The notes: generated by a model from the sequence alone, not told the origin. A stretch of 63,990 nt of DNA, filler included, from Octopus bimaculoides (GCF_001194135.2; 10 parts of 9 records of this genome joined end to end with filler, not necessarily neighbours in it), one strand, 5' to 3'. Positions 37,211 through 49,204 are shown, numbered from the whole stretch's first letter. Numbers and translations are program-made.

Positions 37211-37738
37211 GGTCAAATAGATCTCAACTTGAATATCAACTATATTCATTGTACAAGGTCCTGTGAAAATGAAGGGCAATCTGATCTGATTAATTCATTA
37301 AAAAAAAAAAAATGAATGTTGTTGTCAAGAATTTACTATATTTTTCCTTTTTACTGTTTGTTTTAGGGTGACATGTGAATAATTCAAGAGTGATTTCTTT
37401 GTTAAGTTGCAATGCAGAGTCCAAGCCCTTCATCCTTCCATAAATGTGTAGGAGGCAAAACAGTGACACAGACAAGGGGCATTGGTGGTGGAGATGGGAA
37501 TAAGTGGGTTGATGGGCTGTCCACATCACCCCTCTCTCCTCTCTCATGTATTCTACCTTGATTCTCAACATGAACACGGAAGGAAGGACTCTGTGGTGAC
37601 TCACTGACATAATGGATAAAGTGTGAGTTTGTTTCTGCCCACACACACATTTACATACATAATTACATGCATACATATATACATACATACATACATACAT
37701 ACATACATACATACATACATACATACGTACGTACATAC

Positions 37739-37783
<45 letters not shown>

Positions 37784-38017
37784 NNNNNNNNNNNNNNNNN
37801 NNNNNNNNNNNNNNNNNNNNNNNNNNNTTAATTAATTAANNNNNNNNNNNNNNNNNNNNNNNNNNNNNNNNNNNNNNNNNNNNCTCTAATTTATTTTCTT
37901 TCAGTTTTATTCTTGCTTTATGACAGAAAATTGCTCTCTGAATGAATCTGTAGCAACTGATGCACATTGGCCTATTATTATAGATAGGCAGAAATAGCTG
38001 TATGTGTGTATATGTAA

Positions 38018-38067
<50 letters not shown>

Positions 38068-38958
38068 CTGTGTTTCTATATGGTGGTCAAATAGTATTGT
38101 CCCAATGACCAAAAGTTCACCACGACCACGACCACTTTCTTCTTTGTTTCCTCCTCCTCCTCTAGTTCACAGATGAAATGCTGCTTGCAGAGGATCAGTT
38201 TAGGTACAATGTATCATTACAAATTTAAAGAAGCAGCAGCAGCAATAGCAACAACAACAACAACAACTACTACTACTACTAACACAACAAACAATCAAAC
38301 AAACACCAAATGAAACAAAACTTATTAAGTCACACAGCTGCTTAAGCCAGAAGCATCTCTTACCTTTAAGCAGTGGTTATACTGATAAAAGGTGGATTAA
38401 AAACAAACCAAAACTTAATAAATAAACATGTAAAGTTTACTGATATGGGTAATAAGATAGGTTGTTATTGATGTTTTTTGCTTTGTCTTTTATTTTTTAT
38501 TTGCAAATTATATTCTTTTTTTGTTGTTTTATATTGTTGTTGTTTTTACCCACCCTGCTGTATTTTGATATATAGCAAATATTCATCTTTTATTTCCTGT
38601 ATCAACTGTTATCCTTTATCAGTAAATCCTAATATCTTAATAGAAAACATAATCCCAGCATGCACGCATGCATGCATACATACATACATACATACATGCA
38701 TGCATACATACATACATGCATACATACATACATACATACATACATACATGCATGCATATATACATACATACATACACACACACACATACACGGGACAAAA
38801 CAACAACAGAACATCCAATGTGTGGCAAAGTAAAATCCATATTTCACCATTCCGCAGGTAACATCAATAAAGTCAAACCATAAACATCATTTTTTTTTTT
38901 ACAGTGGATTACAAGTATAGGTCGGAATACAAACACAGAACACCTATGGCCATTTCGG

Positions 38959-39812
38959 GGATCTATTTTAAAACGGGGGCCACAGTTTTCATTAATGTTT
39001 TACGTAGTGTTTTTGGTACCGAAAGACTTTCAAACTTCGTATACTTATCTATTTTGTGTTATAGAACAGAAAAATATTTTTGTATTCGAATTTATTTCAT
39101 GTAAAAAATTGGGATCTTTTTTAAANNNNNNNNNNNNNNNNNNNNNNNNNNNNNNNNNNNNNNNNNNNNNNNNNNNNNNNNNNNNNNNNNNNNGTGTCAT
39201 ATAAAACATCTTTTTCTCTTAGTCTTCTTAAAAAAAAAAGAAATCCCTAAGTTATTCCATGTTAAAGTTGTCGTATTTCTGTAATTTCAACCAATCACTG
39301 ACGTCCATTCAGCCGATATACATTAAGTGCAAGCATATTGGCAGTATCTAATAAACCTTTCTATTATAGGCTAACCCTAACCCTAAGGTTAGGGTTAGGG
39401 TAAAACATCAAATTTAAAAAGAAAAATGCAAATAAAACGAAGAAAAAAAAAAAGAAAATGAAAAAAGCAAATAAAACGAAGCAAAAAAAAAAGAAAATGA
39501 AAAAAGCAAATTTAAAATGCAAAAAAGCAAATTTAGCGTAGGAAAACGAACACACGTGTTATGGAGATTAAATACGCTTTACACCGCTTAATCAGCCAAA
39601 GGAGTAAATGTAAACAACTGAATACTTGTCAGTGATTGGTTGAAATTATCGAAATAAGACAATTTTTTACATGAAATAAATTCGAATACAAAAATATTTT
39701 TCTGTTCTATAACACAAAATAGATAAGTATACAAAGTTTGAAAGTCTTTCAGTAACAAAAACACTATGTAAAACATTAATGAAAACTATGGCCCCCGTTT
39801 TAAAATAGATCC
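38959..39812. mobile_element. Long-TIR foldback DNA element with a central (CCCTAA)/(TTAGGG) hairpin
   Basis: 38959-39110 is the near-perfect reverse complement of about 39660-39812 (ggatctattttaaaacgggggcc...catgtaaaaaattg); further homology aatttcaaccaatcactgac at about 39283 and 39628; hairpin at 39371-39398. Confidence 0.85.
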
Positions 39813-39817
39813 GAGAT

Positions 39818-41765
39818 CTCTTTATTACTCACAAGGGGCGAAACATAGAAGGGACAATACACCTGATTTGGGGTCAAATAAAAATATGGTTACACAATAA
39901 AATCGACGTAAAATAAAAATTTAGCAATTAAAAATTACAATGAAAATCGGTTTAAATCGAATGGTATACAAAAACAAAAAACCAACATAGAACAATGAAG
40001 TGGGGGACTGGGTTTCGCTCCGACCCCACGAGCCCCATCCCACCACTGACACTTTTGAAGACACTTATGGCGTATTCAATTGCTCTCTTTCACTCGCAAC
40101 TCTCGTGCGACATGCTTCCATCTAGATCGAAACACTTTCTCCGACAAGCACTTTCTCTCCAGCCGTATCTTTCTTTTCAAATGAAAAGAAAAATATCTTA
40201 CCATATTTTGGCTGGAGATAAAAGTGCCTGTCTTGATTCCTTCCGTTCTAGTCTTCCACGCTACCTCTTTCGCTACTGCTATTGTAATGAGGAAACATTT
40301 CTTACCTTAGTTTGATAACAAACTAGGCGGGTCAATTTTTATGATTGACTCGGCCGACAACTGTACTCTTCCCTCATTTGACACTAGGTGTTCCACGTAA
40401 ACCCACATCTCAGAAATTTCCGGACACCGTACAAAAGCGTGCAGGACGGTTTCCCTATCCTGCCCGCATCTTGGACAGGTCGGAGATGTCTGCATTCAGT
40501 GTCTTGCAAGTTTATCGCGAACAGGCAAGGCTCCTCTGTAGCATTGCCAGGTCAAAGACATTTGGAAATTATCCAATGACTTCAACCCGAATGTACGGAA
40601 GAACAGGCTGTCGAGTTCGATAAATCCGAGACCCAGGGTCGTTCCCAGGCCATCGTCACATTCTGCCTCTACTAACCCTCTATAAAAGAATGCTGTAGAA
40701 CCCCCGCTGCCGGCGTTGCCCGAGCGACGGAATAGCAGGAGTGCCTTACGACACTCCGTATACCACATATTCAACCTCGGTCTGCGAAAGTACCAAGCCT
40801 CCTTTGCATTCATACTCGCAAAGTTGGGNNNNNNNNNNNNNNNNNNNNNNNNNNNNNNNNNNNNNNNNNNNNNNNNNNNNNNNNNNNNNNNNNNNNNNNN
40901 NNNNNNNNNNNNNNNNNNNNNNNNNNNNNNNNNNNNNNNNNNNNNNNNNNNNNNNNNNNNNNNNNNNNNNNNNNNNNNNNNNNNNNNNNNNNNNNNNNNN
41001 NNNNNNNNNNNNNNNNNNNNNNNNNNNNNNNNNNNNNNNNNNNNNNNNNNNNNNNNNNNNNNNNNNNNNNNNNNNNNNNNNNNNNNNNNNNNNNNNNNNN
41101 NNNNNNNNNNNNNNNNNNNNNNNNNNNNNNNNNNNNNNNNNNNNNNNNNNNNNNNNNNNNNNNNNNNNNNNNNNNNNNNNNNNNNNNNNNNNNNNNNNNN
41201 NNNNNNNNNNNNNNNNNNNNNNNNNNNNNNNNNNNNNNNNNNNNNNNNNNNNNNNNNNNNNNNNNNNNNNNNNNNNNNNNNNNNNNNNNNNNNNNNNNNN
41301 NNNNNNNNNNNNNNNNNNNNNNNNNNNNNNNNNNNNNNNNNNNNNNNNNNNNNNNNNNNNNNNNNNNNNNNNNNNNNNNNNNNNNNNNNNNNNNNNNNNN
41401 NNNNNNNNNNNNNNNNNNNNNNNNNNNNNNNNNNNNNNNNNNNNNNNNNNNNNNNNNNNNNNNNNNNNNNNGATTAATCTTTGCTCCTGCCACCGTCTAG
41501 TACACCTCAACAACCTCGCCTACTTTACGCAAGCGTGTCGTTGAGGTCACGCTGATGGTGATGTCATCCGCATACGCTGTAACAAACTCCCCCAAGCCCG
41601 GCGCTCTCGGGATCTCTCTCAGCTTTCTCAGCAGCGGCTCGAGAGCCACCACGTACAAAAGCGGAGAGAGTGGACACCCTTGACGAACCGAATGCTTGAT
41701 GCTGAACGGCTTAGAAAGAAAACCGTTCACCCGAACTATCGAGTCGATGTTATGGTACAACTGAA
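39818..41765 (-). mobile_element. Tx1/L1-clade LINE, 5'-truncated, spanning a gap
   Basis: VRVNGFLSKPF...VRQGCPLSPLLY..ALEPLL...AYADDIT (RT, 41497-41760); WQCYRGALPVRDKL and CPRCGQDRETVLHAFVRC (zf-RVT, 40307-40600). Confidence 0.88.
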
Positions 41766-41807
41766 TGATCCATCTGTGTAAAGCCTATATGGCTAATTAA
41801 TGAAATA

Positions 41808-42160
41808 AAGAAGTTTGCTTCCCAACCACATGGAACTGGATTCAGTTCCACAGCGTGATACCTTGGGCAATTTTCTTCTACAATAGCTTGGGCAAACCAA
41901 AGGCTTACAAGTAGATTTGGTAGATGGAAACTGAAAGAAGCCTGTAATATATATATATATATGCGTGTTTGTCCCCCACCACTGCTTGACAACTGATGTT
42001 GGTTTGCTTACATCCCCGTAACTTAGCAGTTCAGCAAAAATAACCGAATAAAATAAGTACTAGACTAAAAAAATATGTTCCCAAATCGACTCATTTCACT
42101 GAAAATTCTTTAAGGTAGTGCCACAGCATGGCCACAGTCTAATGATTGAAACAATTAAAA
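41808..42160 (+). mobile_element. SINE family B
   Basis: Colinear with 53530-53940. Confidence 0.8.
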
Positions 42161-42189
42161 GATCAAATATGTGTGTGTGTGTGTGTGTG

Positions 42190-42560
42190 TAGTTGTATGA
42201 TTAAGAAGTTTTCTTCCCAACTACGTGTTTTAGGTTCAGTCCTACTGCATGGCATTCTGGGTAGATGGAAACTCAGAGAAGCCTTCCAAAAACACACACA
42301 CCTATGTATATGTATAGGTGTGCATGTGTGTGAACATGTTTGTCTCCTTGGTATGACATCGTGTAATGGTTGTAAATGAACTCCACCCTTATACGAGCAA
42401 TATTGTTTGTTTCCAATTTTCTGTAGAAATATATCAAACCATAGGGAAATACTAACTTACTTGGAAACAAGTGAAGGTTGTTGACAGGAAGGGCATCTGC
42501 TTCTCAGAAACCTGCCTCAACAAATTTCATCTGACCTGTGCCAGCATAGAAAAGTGGATG
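42190..42560 (+). mobile_element. SINE with family B head and RTE-type tail
   Basis: aagaagttttcttcccaactac...ggttcagtcctactgc head; tail ...gacaggaagggcatc...agcatagaaaagtggatgatgatg. Confidence 0.7.
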
Positions 42561-42657
42561 ATGATGATATACACATAGACATAAGTTTGTATGTGTACAT
42601 CTCTATCTCTTTCTCTGTCCGTCTGTCTGTCTGTCTCTCTCGAAATATATGTATATA

Positions 42658-43060
42658 TCATCATCATCATCATTTAGCATCTGCATTCCATGCTGGCATG
42701 GGTTGGACTGGTAAGCTGGAGAGCTGCACCAAGTTTCAATCTGACTTGGCATGGTTTCTACTGTTGGATGCCCTTCCTAATGCCAACTACTTCAAGAGTG
42801 TAATGGGTGTTTTTTATGTACCACCTGCACCAGTGCTTTTACATGCCACCGACATGGGTACAAGTCACGTCACACCAGTATTGGCCATGACTCTGATTTC
42901 ACTTGGTTTGACAAGGCTTCTCAAGCATAGTATATCGCCAAAGCTCTTGGTCACTTGTTATTGCCTCCATGAGACTCAATGTTCAAAGGTCATGCTTCAC
43001 CATCGTGACCCATGTCTTTCTTGGTCTACCTCTTCCACAGGTTCTCTCCACAGTTAGAGA
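42658..43060 (-). mobile_element. RTE-clade LINE 3' end
   Basis: Minus strand reads VERTCGRGRPRKTWVTMVKHDL...DQELWR (RTE ORF C-terminus), then a 3' UTR with ggaagggcatcca and a (GAT)n tail. Confidence 0.75.
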
Positions 43061-43219
43061 TTGGCTATATCTATCTATCTATCTCTTTCTCTCTCTCTCT
43101 CTAATATTTCTAAGTCTCTCTAAAGGAGACTACAGCAGCGGTACTGGATATTAATAGTTATCGCCAAGCCAACATGGCAGTCCCAAAAATAGGACGAATG
43201 CTGCCGTTGATTAGCTCAA

Positions 43220-43440
43220 TAAGAGATATTCAACATTTTTGGCCGATTTTGTATGGCAACTGGAGGAGGATAAATTGAAGTACAGCGTAACTTGGTCCAT
43301 AGTAAGGCACATGAAACCATACAATATAATTTCCAGGAGATGCCATTTCTGCTCCAAGGAATCCCTGTCTATTCTGTGGACTAACGAGAAGATTATTAAT
43401 AGAATTTCTGAAAGACTTTCAAGATGCCTACACACATAAA
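43220..43440 (+). mobile_element. Penelope-like GIY-YIG endonuclease C-terminal fragment
   Basis: LADFVWQLEEDKLKYSVTWSIV....PY....RRCHFCSKE.L.IL......NR.SE..SRC.H fits the PLE EN tail (LSKYIW.LK...I.W.I...PY...C.LC..EK..I...LN.RSE....CRH). Confidence 0.75.
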
Positions 43441-43610
43441 TATACTTTCACACAATGCAGTGGGAATGAATTTTGAGTATGAGTTAACATAATTTAATTT
43501 AATTTAGGGTATGGATGACTCAAGTTTACTTTTAACCTTCCCTTTCTTACAAACAGCAAGTAGTTACTTAACTCGATTTGTGATCATGAGTGCACCAAAC
43601 CTCATGTGTT

Positions 43611-43926
43611 TGTAGTAACGCTGTGCGCATGCGTAGTCTCACGTATGCGTGGAATTCAACAACCAAGCGTTCCCGCTTCTATTCTGTCTCTTTCTTGCTG
43701 GCCAGCGATTGAGCATGGACGTGTTTAACTGTCTCTCTCCATCTTTCGAACTTACGCTCGACAGCTCGCTTACATCTACATACCAACGTCCCAACAACAA
43801 TGCTCACACACACAGAAGCTGTAACAACAAACAAGAGCTAAAGATGTATATATTTACCACCTGAATAAATGTTGTTTAAGTTGATAGTCTGGAGTTCAGC
43901 GTTCCGTTAATTTCTTAATTTTATAT
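43611..43926 (+). mobile_element. Possible solo LTR
   Basis: Starts TGTAGTAAC; CpG-richer body with TGCGCATGCG; AATAAA near the 3' end (43864). No convincing TSD or terminal CA found. Confidence 0.3.
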
Positions 43927-44390
43927 AGGAAAGTTAGGTATACATCTAATGATGTATAACCAACTTTCCTATATGTTCATATGCTCACATTTTCGCAGAC
44001 GCTTGTATGAGCAAGTGTACTTGCGCTATGCAGCTTGTCCGAGGGTGTTTTATACATCCATATTTGTCAACAGTTATTTTTAATACTTTTCTCGCTGTAT
44101 TGCATGTTTGTTTCTCTTTTCTGCCCATCTGTGATTTTATTTTTGACCTATATAAATGAAGATATTTCCTCCGTTTGGCTGTTTTTCTTTTTACAAAATG
44201 AGAAGTTACACTGCGGAACTGTTATTTTAATGAGTTGTATCTACTTATAATTCAATGAGATACATCTGCACTGCCAGATGCTCCTGAACAAGTTGTTGAG
44301 TGTCTTACCCATTAGGGATTGATGTTAGATGTGTTGAAACAATTGTCGTGATTAATAAATTCTTGTATATTCCATCTTTCATCTTTCATT

Positions 44391-44431
<41 letters not shown>

Positions 44432-45158
44432 CAATGTTAATTCTCTAAATGAAGTATTAACAGTAACTGCACGATAAAGTGTAGTATATTGCCACTTAAG
44501 TGTGGCTGACCCCTAGGGGTGGATGTTACTGTTGCTTTTAGCCCCAGGAGGACATCTCCTCCAGCTGGCTTATCGACACACGACTGTGTCTTNNNNNNNN
44601 NNNNNNNNNNNNNNNNNNNNNNNNNNNNNNNNNNNNNNNNNNNNNNNNNNNNNNNNNNNNNNNNNNNNNNNNNNNNNNNNNNNNNNNNNNNNNNNNNNNN
44701 NNNNNNNNNNNNNNNNNNNNNNNNNNNNNNNNNNNNNNNNNNNNNNNNNNNNNNNNNNNNNNNNNNNNNNNNNNNNNNNNNNNNNNNNNNNNNNNNNNNN
44801 NNNNNNNNNNNNNNNNNNNNNNNNNNNNNNNNNNNNNNNNNNNNNNNNNNNNNNNNNNNNNNNNNNNNNNNNNNNNNNNNNNNNNNNNNNNNNNNNNNNN
44901 NNNNNNNNNNNNNNNNNNNNNNNNNNNNNNNNNNNNNNNNNNNNNNNNNNNNNNNNNNNNNNNNNNNNACATACATAAACAAAATATATAGTTTAATTAG
45001 AGCTTGTTATTAACAATAATTCACATTAATACAGAAGGAAAATGTAGTGTTCATTGTGAGCTATTTATTTCCATTTTATAGAGAATATATATATTTATAT
45101 AAGTTTTGGATGCGTATTTCTATTATGTTCTTTTAGACTTTGCCTGTGTTGCTTCCAT

Positions 45159-45219
<61 letters not shown>

Positions 45220-45319
45220 GTGAATTAAAAGGGATAAATCAACCAGGTAGTTACTGATGTAGCTCTCAGGTATATTCCAGGTTATGGTTAACTGCATCAG
45301 ATAGTAATGAGTGTTGATA

Positions 45320-45770
45320 ATCACTTGGTATTAGCAATCCTGCAGCAATTGGATGTCATGTTAGTTGCCAGAAAATATCTCATAGAATTTGAGGGAAAGT
45401 ACTGGGTGAGAAAGGATAGGCTAGATATGTTTGATATTACCATGAGATATAAGGACTCTGCTCAGGTAACCAATTTAGTAGGGATATACATACTATTCTG
45501 TATCAATACGGAACTTCCACAGGTAGAGTATGGACTATACAGGGATGACACTCTGTTCACCTTATACAGACTTATAAATACTGAAATTGGAAAAGCTGTT
45601 TATGCACTTCAAAGACCTAGGATTATCTATCTCTATAGAGGAGGGACATACCATAGTTAATTTCTTAGACGTTACATTAGATCCGAGTATACACATATTC
45701 AGACCATACCACAAACCTAGCGACAACTGAAAATACATCAACTTTCATAGTTAATCACTCCAAAAGTATA
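45320..45770 (+). mobile_element. Penelope-like element RT fragment, degraded
   Basis: FDITM..KDSAQVTNLVGIYIL...GLYRDD, then FLDVTLD and PYHKP after frameshifts. Confidence 0.8.
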
Positions 45771-46310
45771 ACTTTTGCTCATCTCTCACTCATTTTTCTT
45801 ATATATCCTTTAAGTTTGTTTATGGGAAAAGCTTTTGAGTATGCATATAAAAGCTTCTATTTTGTTATGTCAGTTACAGCCTAATAACACCAACTTGCAA
45901 TAGCAATTTTGTGGGGCTGTACAGAGCTGTGCCAATATAATGTAGAGTAAATATAGTAATAATAATAATCCATGGATGGAATTTATAGATATTTTAATGC
46001 AGTGCTACATGCATTTCCACAAATCATACATTATTTATGATCATAGTCCGCATTCCTGGGATGATTACAATATAATCCGTAGTATCAATGGACATCAGGT
46101 GGATCATAGTTCATGTGTTCATTTCATCAGGCAATATGGCATTAACATTGGAAGCAACGAATTGTGGGCAGTTCTGTATGTATTCCATAGGGAGGAATAG
46201 AAGGTGATGAAAAGAGAGAAAGGAATGGTAATGATAAAGGAAAGGGATGCCCATGGATACTATAGACTGTACTGTAATATTCCCAGGAATGTAGACACAT
46301 GTGATTTGTG

Positions 46311-46737
46311 AAGGGTAGTACCAGCAATGCTAAAAATAGGAGTCAAAATGACTCAGAAACCACAGCTCCACTTCTATACACTGGTGAATTCAGGGAATGA
46401 GTAAAATAAAAGCCAACTTACATTTACAGAAAAAAATTGTAAATGAATTCAAACATGCTCATATCATGTGATTTCAAACCCTGTGAATTAACACTTAGTT
46501 CGTCCTCAGTCAGTATTACTGAGTTAAGGCTAAAGATACTCATCTCAATCATGTATGTAATGATCATTTTGAATGCAGCAGCAAATTTTACAAAATTCAT
46601 TTATGATTGTTCTTCGTTAAGGTAAGTTGGCTTTTATTTTTTTTTGTTCCCTCAAATTCACCAGTCTGTACAAGTGAAAACTGTGGTTTATGAGTTGTGT
46701 TTCAACTCTTACTTTTAGCACTGCTGGTACTACCCTT
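46311..46737. mobile_element. Foldback MITE with approximately 110-bp TIRs, termini AAGGGTA...TACCCTT
   Basis: aagggtagtaccagcaatgctaaaa...gtgaatt..gggaa...aaataaagccaacttac mirrored by gtaagttggcttttatttt...ttagcactgctggtactaccctt. Confidence 0.8.
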
Positions 46738-46871
46738 GTGCCCTTTCATTATCAATTAATAATTCTACTTTTATTGTTTTTACACATGCCAACCACTAAT
46801 TTTATTATTAATTATTAATAATAATATCCTTATATATAATATATATATATACATATTAAAATTATTATTAA

Positions 46872-47109
46872 GGGTATCTAAGAGATACCACCATGCTAGA
46901 GATAGCAGTCAAAACTTGACTCTAAAACCACTATCTGTATATATCTCACTGATGAGGCAGAGTATATTTTTATACAGAGCCAGAAACCCGGATCTGAAAT
47001 TATCCCAAAACTTTTTGCAAGTTTATTTGTCTATTTGTCTTTTCCCCTTGTGCTGTATGAATCAAGTTTTGACTGCTATATCTAGCATGGTGATATCTCT
47101 TAGATACCC
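46872..47109. mobile_element. Kolobok-like MITE (TTAA TSD, GGG termini, approximately 48-bp TIRs) with an internal hammerhead-like motif
   Basis: TTAA at 46868-46871 and 47110-47113; TIR gggtatctaagagataccaccatgctagagatagcagtcaaaacttga / tcaagttttgactgctatatctagcatggtgatatctcttagataccc. Confidence 0.85.
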
Positions 47110-47197
47110 TTAATTATAATTTCAATAATAATTAATACCTAATTTTATTCCCATGCTGGCCACTTGATAAGATTGGTATTTTAAATAATGGTCTTAT

Positions 47198-47237
<40 letters not shown>

Positions 47238-47262
47238 NNNNNNNNNNNNNNNNNNNNNNNNN

Positions 47263-47474
47263 GTATAGTATTATCCAAACAATTCCAGAAACAAGGTGAT
47301 CAAGAATCAAAATAAGCAACAAGGATATCCAAAGTTAAATGCAGTACGATCGTTTCGTGCGACTCCATTTATTTAAGCAATGTGAACATTGCAGCAAAAA
47401 GTAGAAAGGAAGAATACAAAAAACTATTTTGACTTAGCCAGACCATACTAGCCTGTATGGTCTGNNNNNNNNNN

Positions 47475-47506
<32 letters not shown>

Positions 47507-47783
47507 TAAAGGTGAATGTAGTACTTAAGTTTAGGCACCAGAATTAAGTATAGTATTATCCAAACAATTCCAGAAACAAGGTGATCAAGAATCAAAATAA
47601 GCAACAAGGATATCCAAAGTTAAATGCAGTACGATCGTTTCGTGCGACTCCATTTATTTAAGCAATGTGAACATTGCAGCAAAAAGTAGAAAGGAAGAAT
47701 ACAAAAAANNNNNNNNNNAAATGGAGTCGCATGAAATGATCGTACTGCATTAACTTTGGATATCCTTGTTGCTTATTTTGATT
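47263..47783. repeat. Interspersed repeat seen twice directly (47263-47425, 47548-47707) and once inverted (47719-47783) around small gaps
   Basis: The direct copies are identical; the inverted copy differs mainly by CpG-type changes. Confidence 0.7.
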
Positions 47784-47804
47784 ATATATATATATATATA
47801 TATA

Positions 47805-48127
47805 TCAGGTAAATGTAATGGTAAAGACTTCCTTTGGTCATGAATGACCATGGGATTGCATCTAGAAAGTTACTCTACTAGGTACAAGTTAGGGCAAGGT
47901 TGTTTATGGAAGACCAACCTCCCCTCTCCAAACCGCTGATGTTATCCAAGGGAAAGGCAAAGGCTGATACAGCTTGGCACCAGTAACATTGTAACTCATG
48001 TCTACAGCTGAGTGAATAGAGCAATGTGAAATAAAGTGTCTTGCTGAAGAACACAACACACAGCCAGGTCCAGGAATTGAACTCACTACCTTATGATTGG
48101 GAGCCTGATGCTCTAACCACTGAGCTA
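47805..48127 (-). mobile_element. tRNA-derived SINE family D (CORE-like gtgttcttcagcaagacacttta block)
   Basis: Minus head agctcagtggttagagc...gagttcaattcc (A/B boxes), then body and tail; a related decayed piece lies at about 29140-29315. Confidence 0.8.
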
Positions 48128-48430
48128 TATGTATACATTAGAAGTGAGTGGGAAATGAGTAAGAGGGGGCAAAGTTAGCAGGAAGCAAAAGTAAGAGAAA
48201 TAAAGGCATGGGCGAAAGGGGAATGGGTGAGAGTAGTATGGGCTATATAACAGGTTGAGTAAAAAGCAAGAAATGCTTTGAACCATGAAGAATTTGTACT
48301 GGATGTTTGCAGGGTTTTGAATTTTTTTTAACATTTTTTTGCAATTGTCTAATAATACAGCCATAGACTGCCCAAATGCATCAATAAATTAACATTGATA
48401 TTTTTTTCATCGTTGTTACAATCATCTGAA

Positions 48431-48904
48431 ATGAAACTGTCAAATTGTGATATTCGAGCAATTTTGCTATTCAATTTAAAAAAAGGACATTAAGCAGCTG
48501 AAACAGCTCGCGATATCAACGAAATGTTTGGTGAAGAAATGACCAGCAAGTGGTTAGCTCAAAAATGGTTTAAACAATTTCACAGTGAAGACCTGAGCCT
48601 TGAAGATCGTGAGTATAGTGGAAACCATCTGTCATCGATGGTGGTCAATTAAAGACTGTCATTGAGAAAGATCCATGCAAAACCATTCGAGAACTGGCAA
48701 AAGAACTTCAAGTTAGCCAGAAAATTGCCTGAAACCATTTGAATGCAATCAGGAAATCGAAAAATCTCGACAAATGGGTACTACATGATTTGAATGAAAA
48801 TCAAAAAATGTGCAGATATGAAATTTGCTCGTCGTTTCTTCTCCACAACTAGACCGATCCATTTCTTTACCATATTGTAACTTGCAATAAAAAGTAGATT
48901 CTGT
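48431..48904 (+). pseudogene. Mariner (SETMAR/Hsmar1-like) transposase N-terminal fragment
   Basis: MKLSNCDIRAILLFNLKKGH*AAETARDINEMFGE...QKWFKQF...LSLED..SG.PS...IEKDPCKTIRELAKEL...HL...KSK.LDKWVLHDLNENQK: HTH domains plus a WVPHEL-like linker, with stops and a frameshift. Confidence 0.88.
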
Positions 48905-48959
48905 TGGTTATCAAGTAGTGGGGAGAAACATACAAACACAGAAAAAAATACACCCACAC

Positions 48960-49095
48960 AGACACGATAGACTTCCACACAGTTTCTATCTACTAAATTC
49001 ACTTACAAAGCACTGTTCAGCCTGGGGCTATAGTAAAAGACATTTGTCCAAGGTGATGGTAGTGGGACTGAACCTGACACCATATGGTTGCTAAG
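48960..49095 (-). mobile_element. SINE family B head, degenerate
   Basis: taaattcacttacaaagc...gctatagtaaaagacatttgtccaagg...gggactgaacc. Confidence 0.65.
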
Positions 49096-49204
49096 TGACC
49101 GTCTTGATCACAGTCTCTCTTTCTTTCTCTCTCTCTCTCTCTCTCTCTTTATATAACATCATCATCATGGTGAAATTGCTTTCTGGATTTCTGCTTATTA
49201 GCTT

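Noticed and set aside
37380-37625. GC-richer stretch read as a coding exon (MQSPSPSSF...)
   Set aside because: Stops in all + frames within about 150 nt and no recognisable homology.
39371-39400. Telomere fusion scar or true telomere
   Set aside because: Only about 2.5 units per side, in the opposite order to a fusion, and centred within a TIR element.
46443-46630. ORF ending in a gtaag donor with a GPCR-TM7-like look (LNAAANF..IY)
   Set aside because: Lies wholly inside a foldback MITE; the gtaagttgg is the TIR mirror of ccaacttac.
47600-47660. GAAAC-GATC-GTA hammerhead half on the minus strand
   Set aside because: No CTGANGA box upstream.
47263-47707. Direct duplication of about 160 bp
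   Set aside because: Identical copies separated by (TA)n and small gaps; probable assembly artefact.
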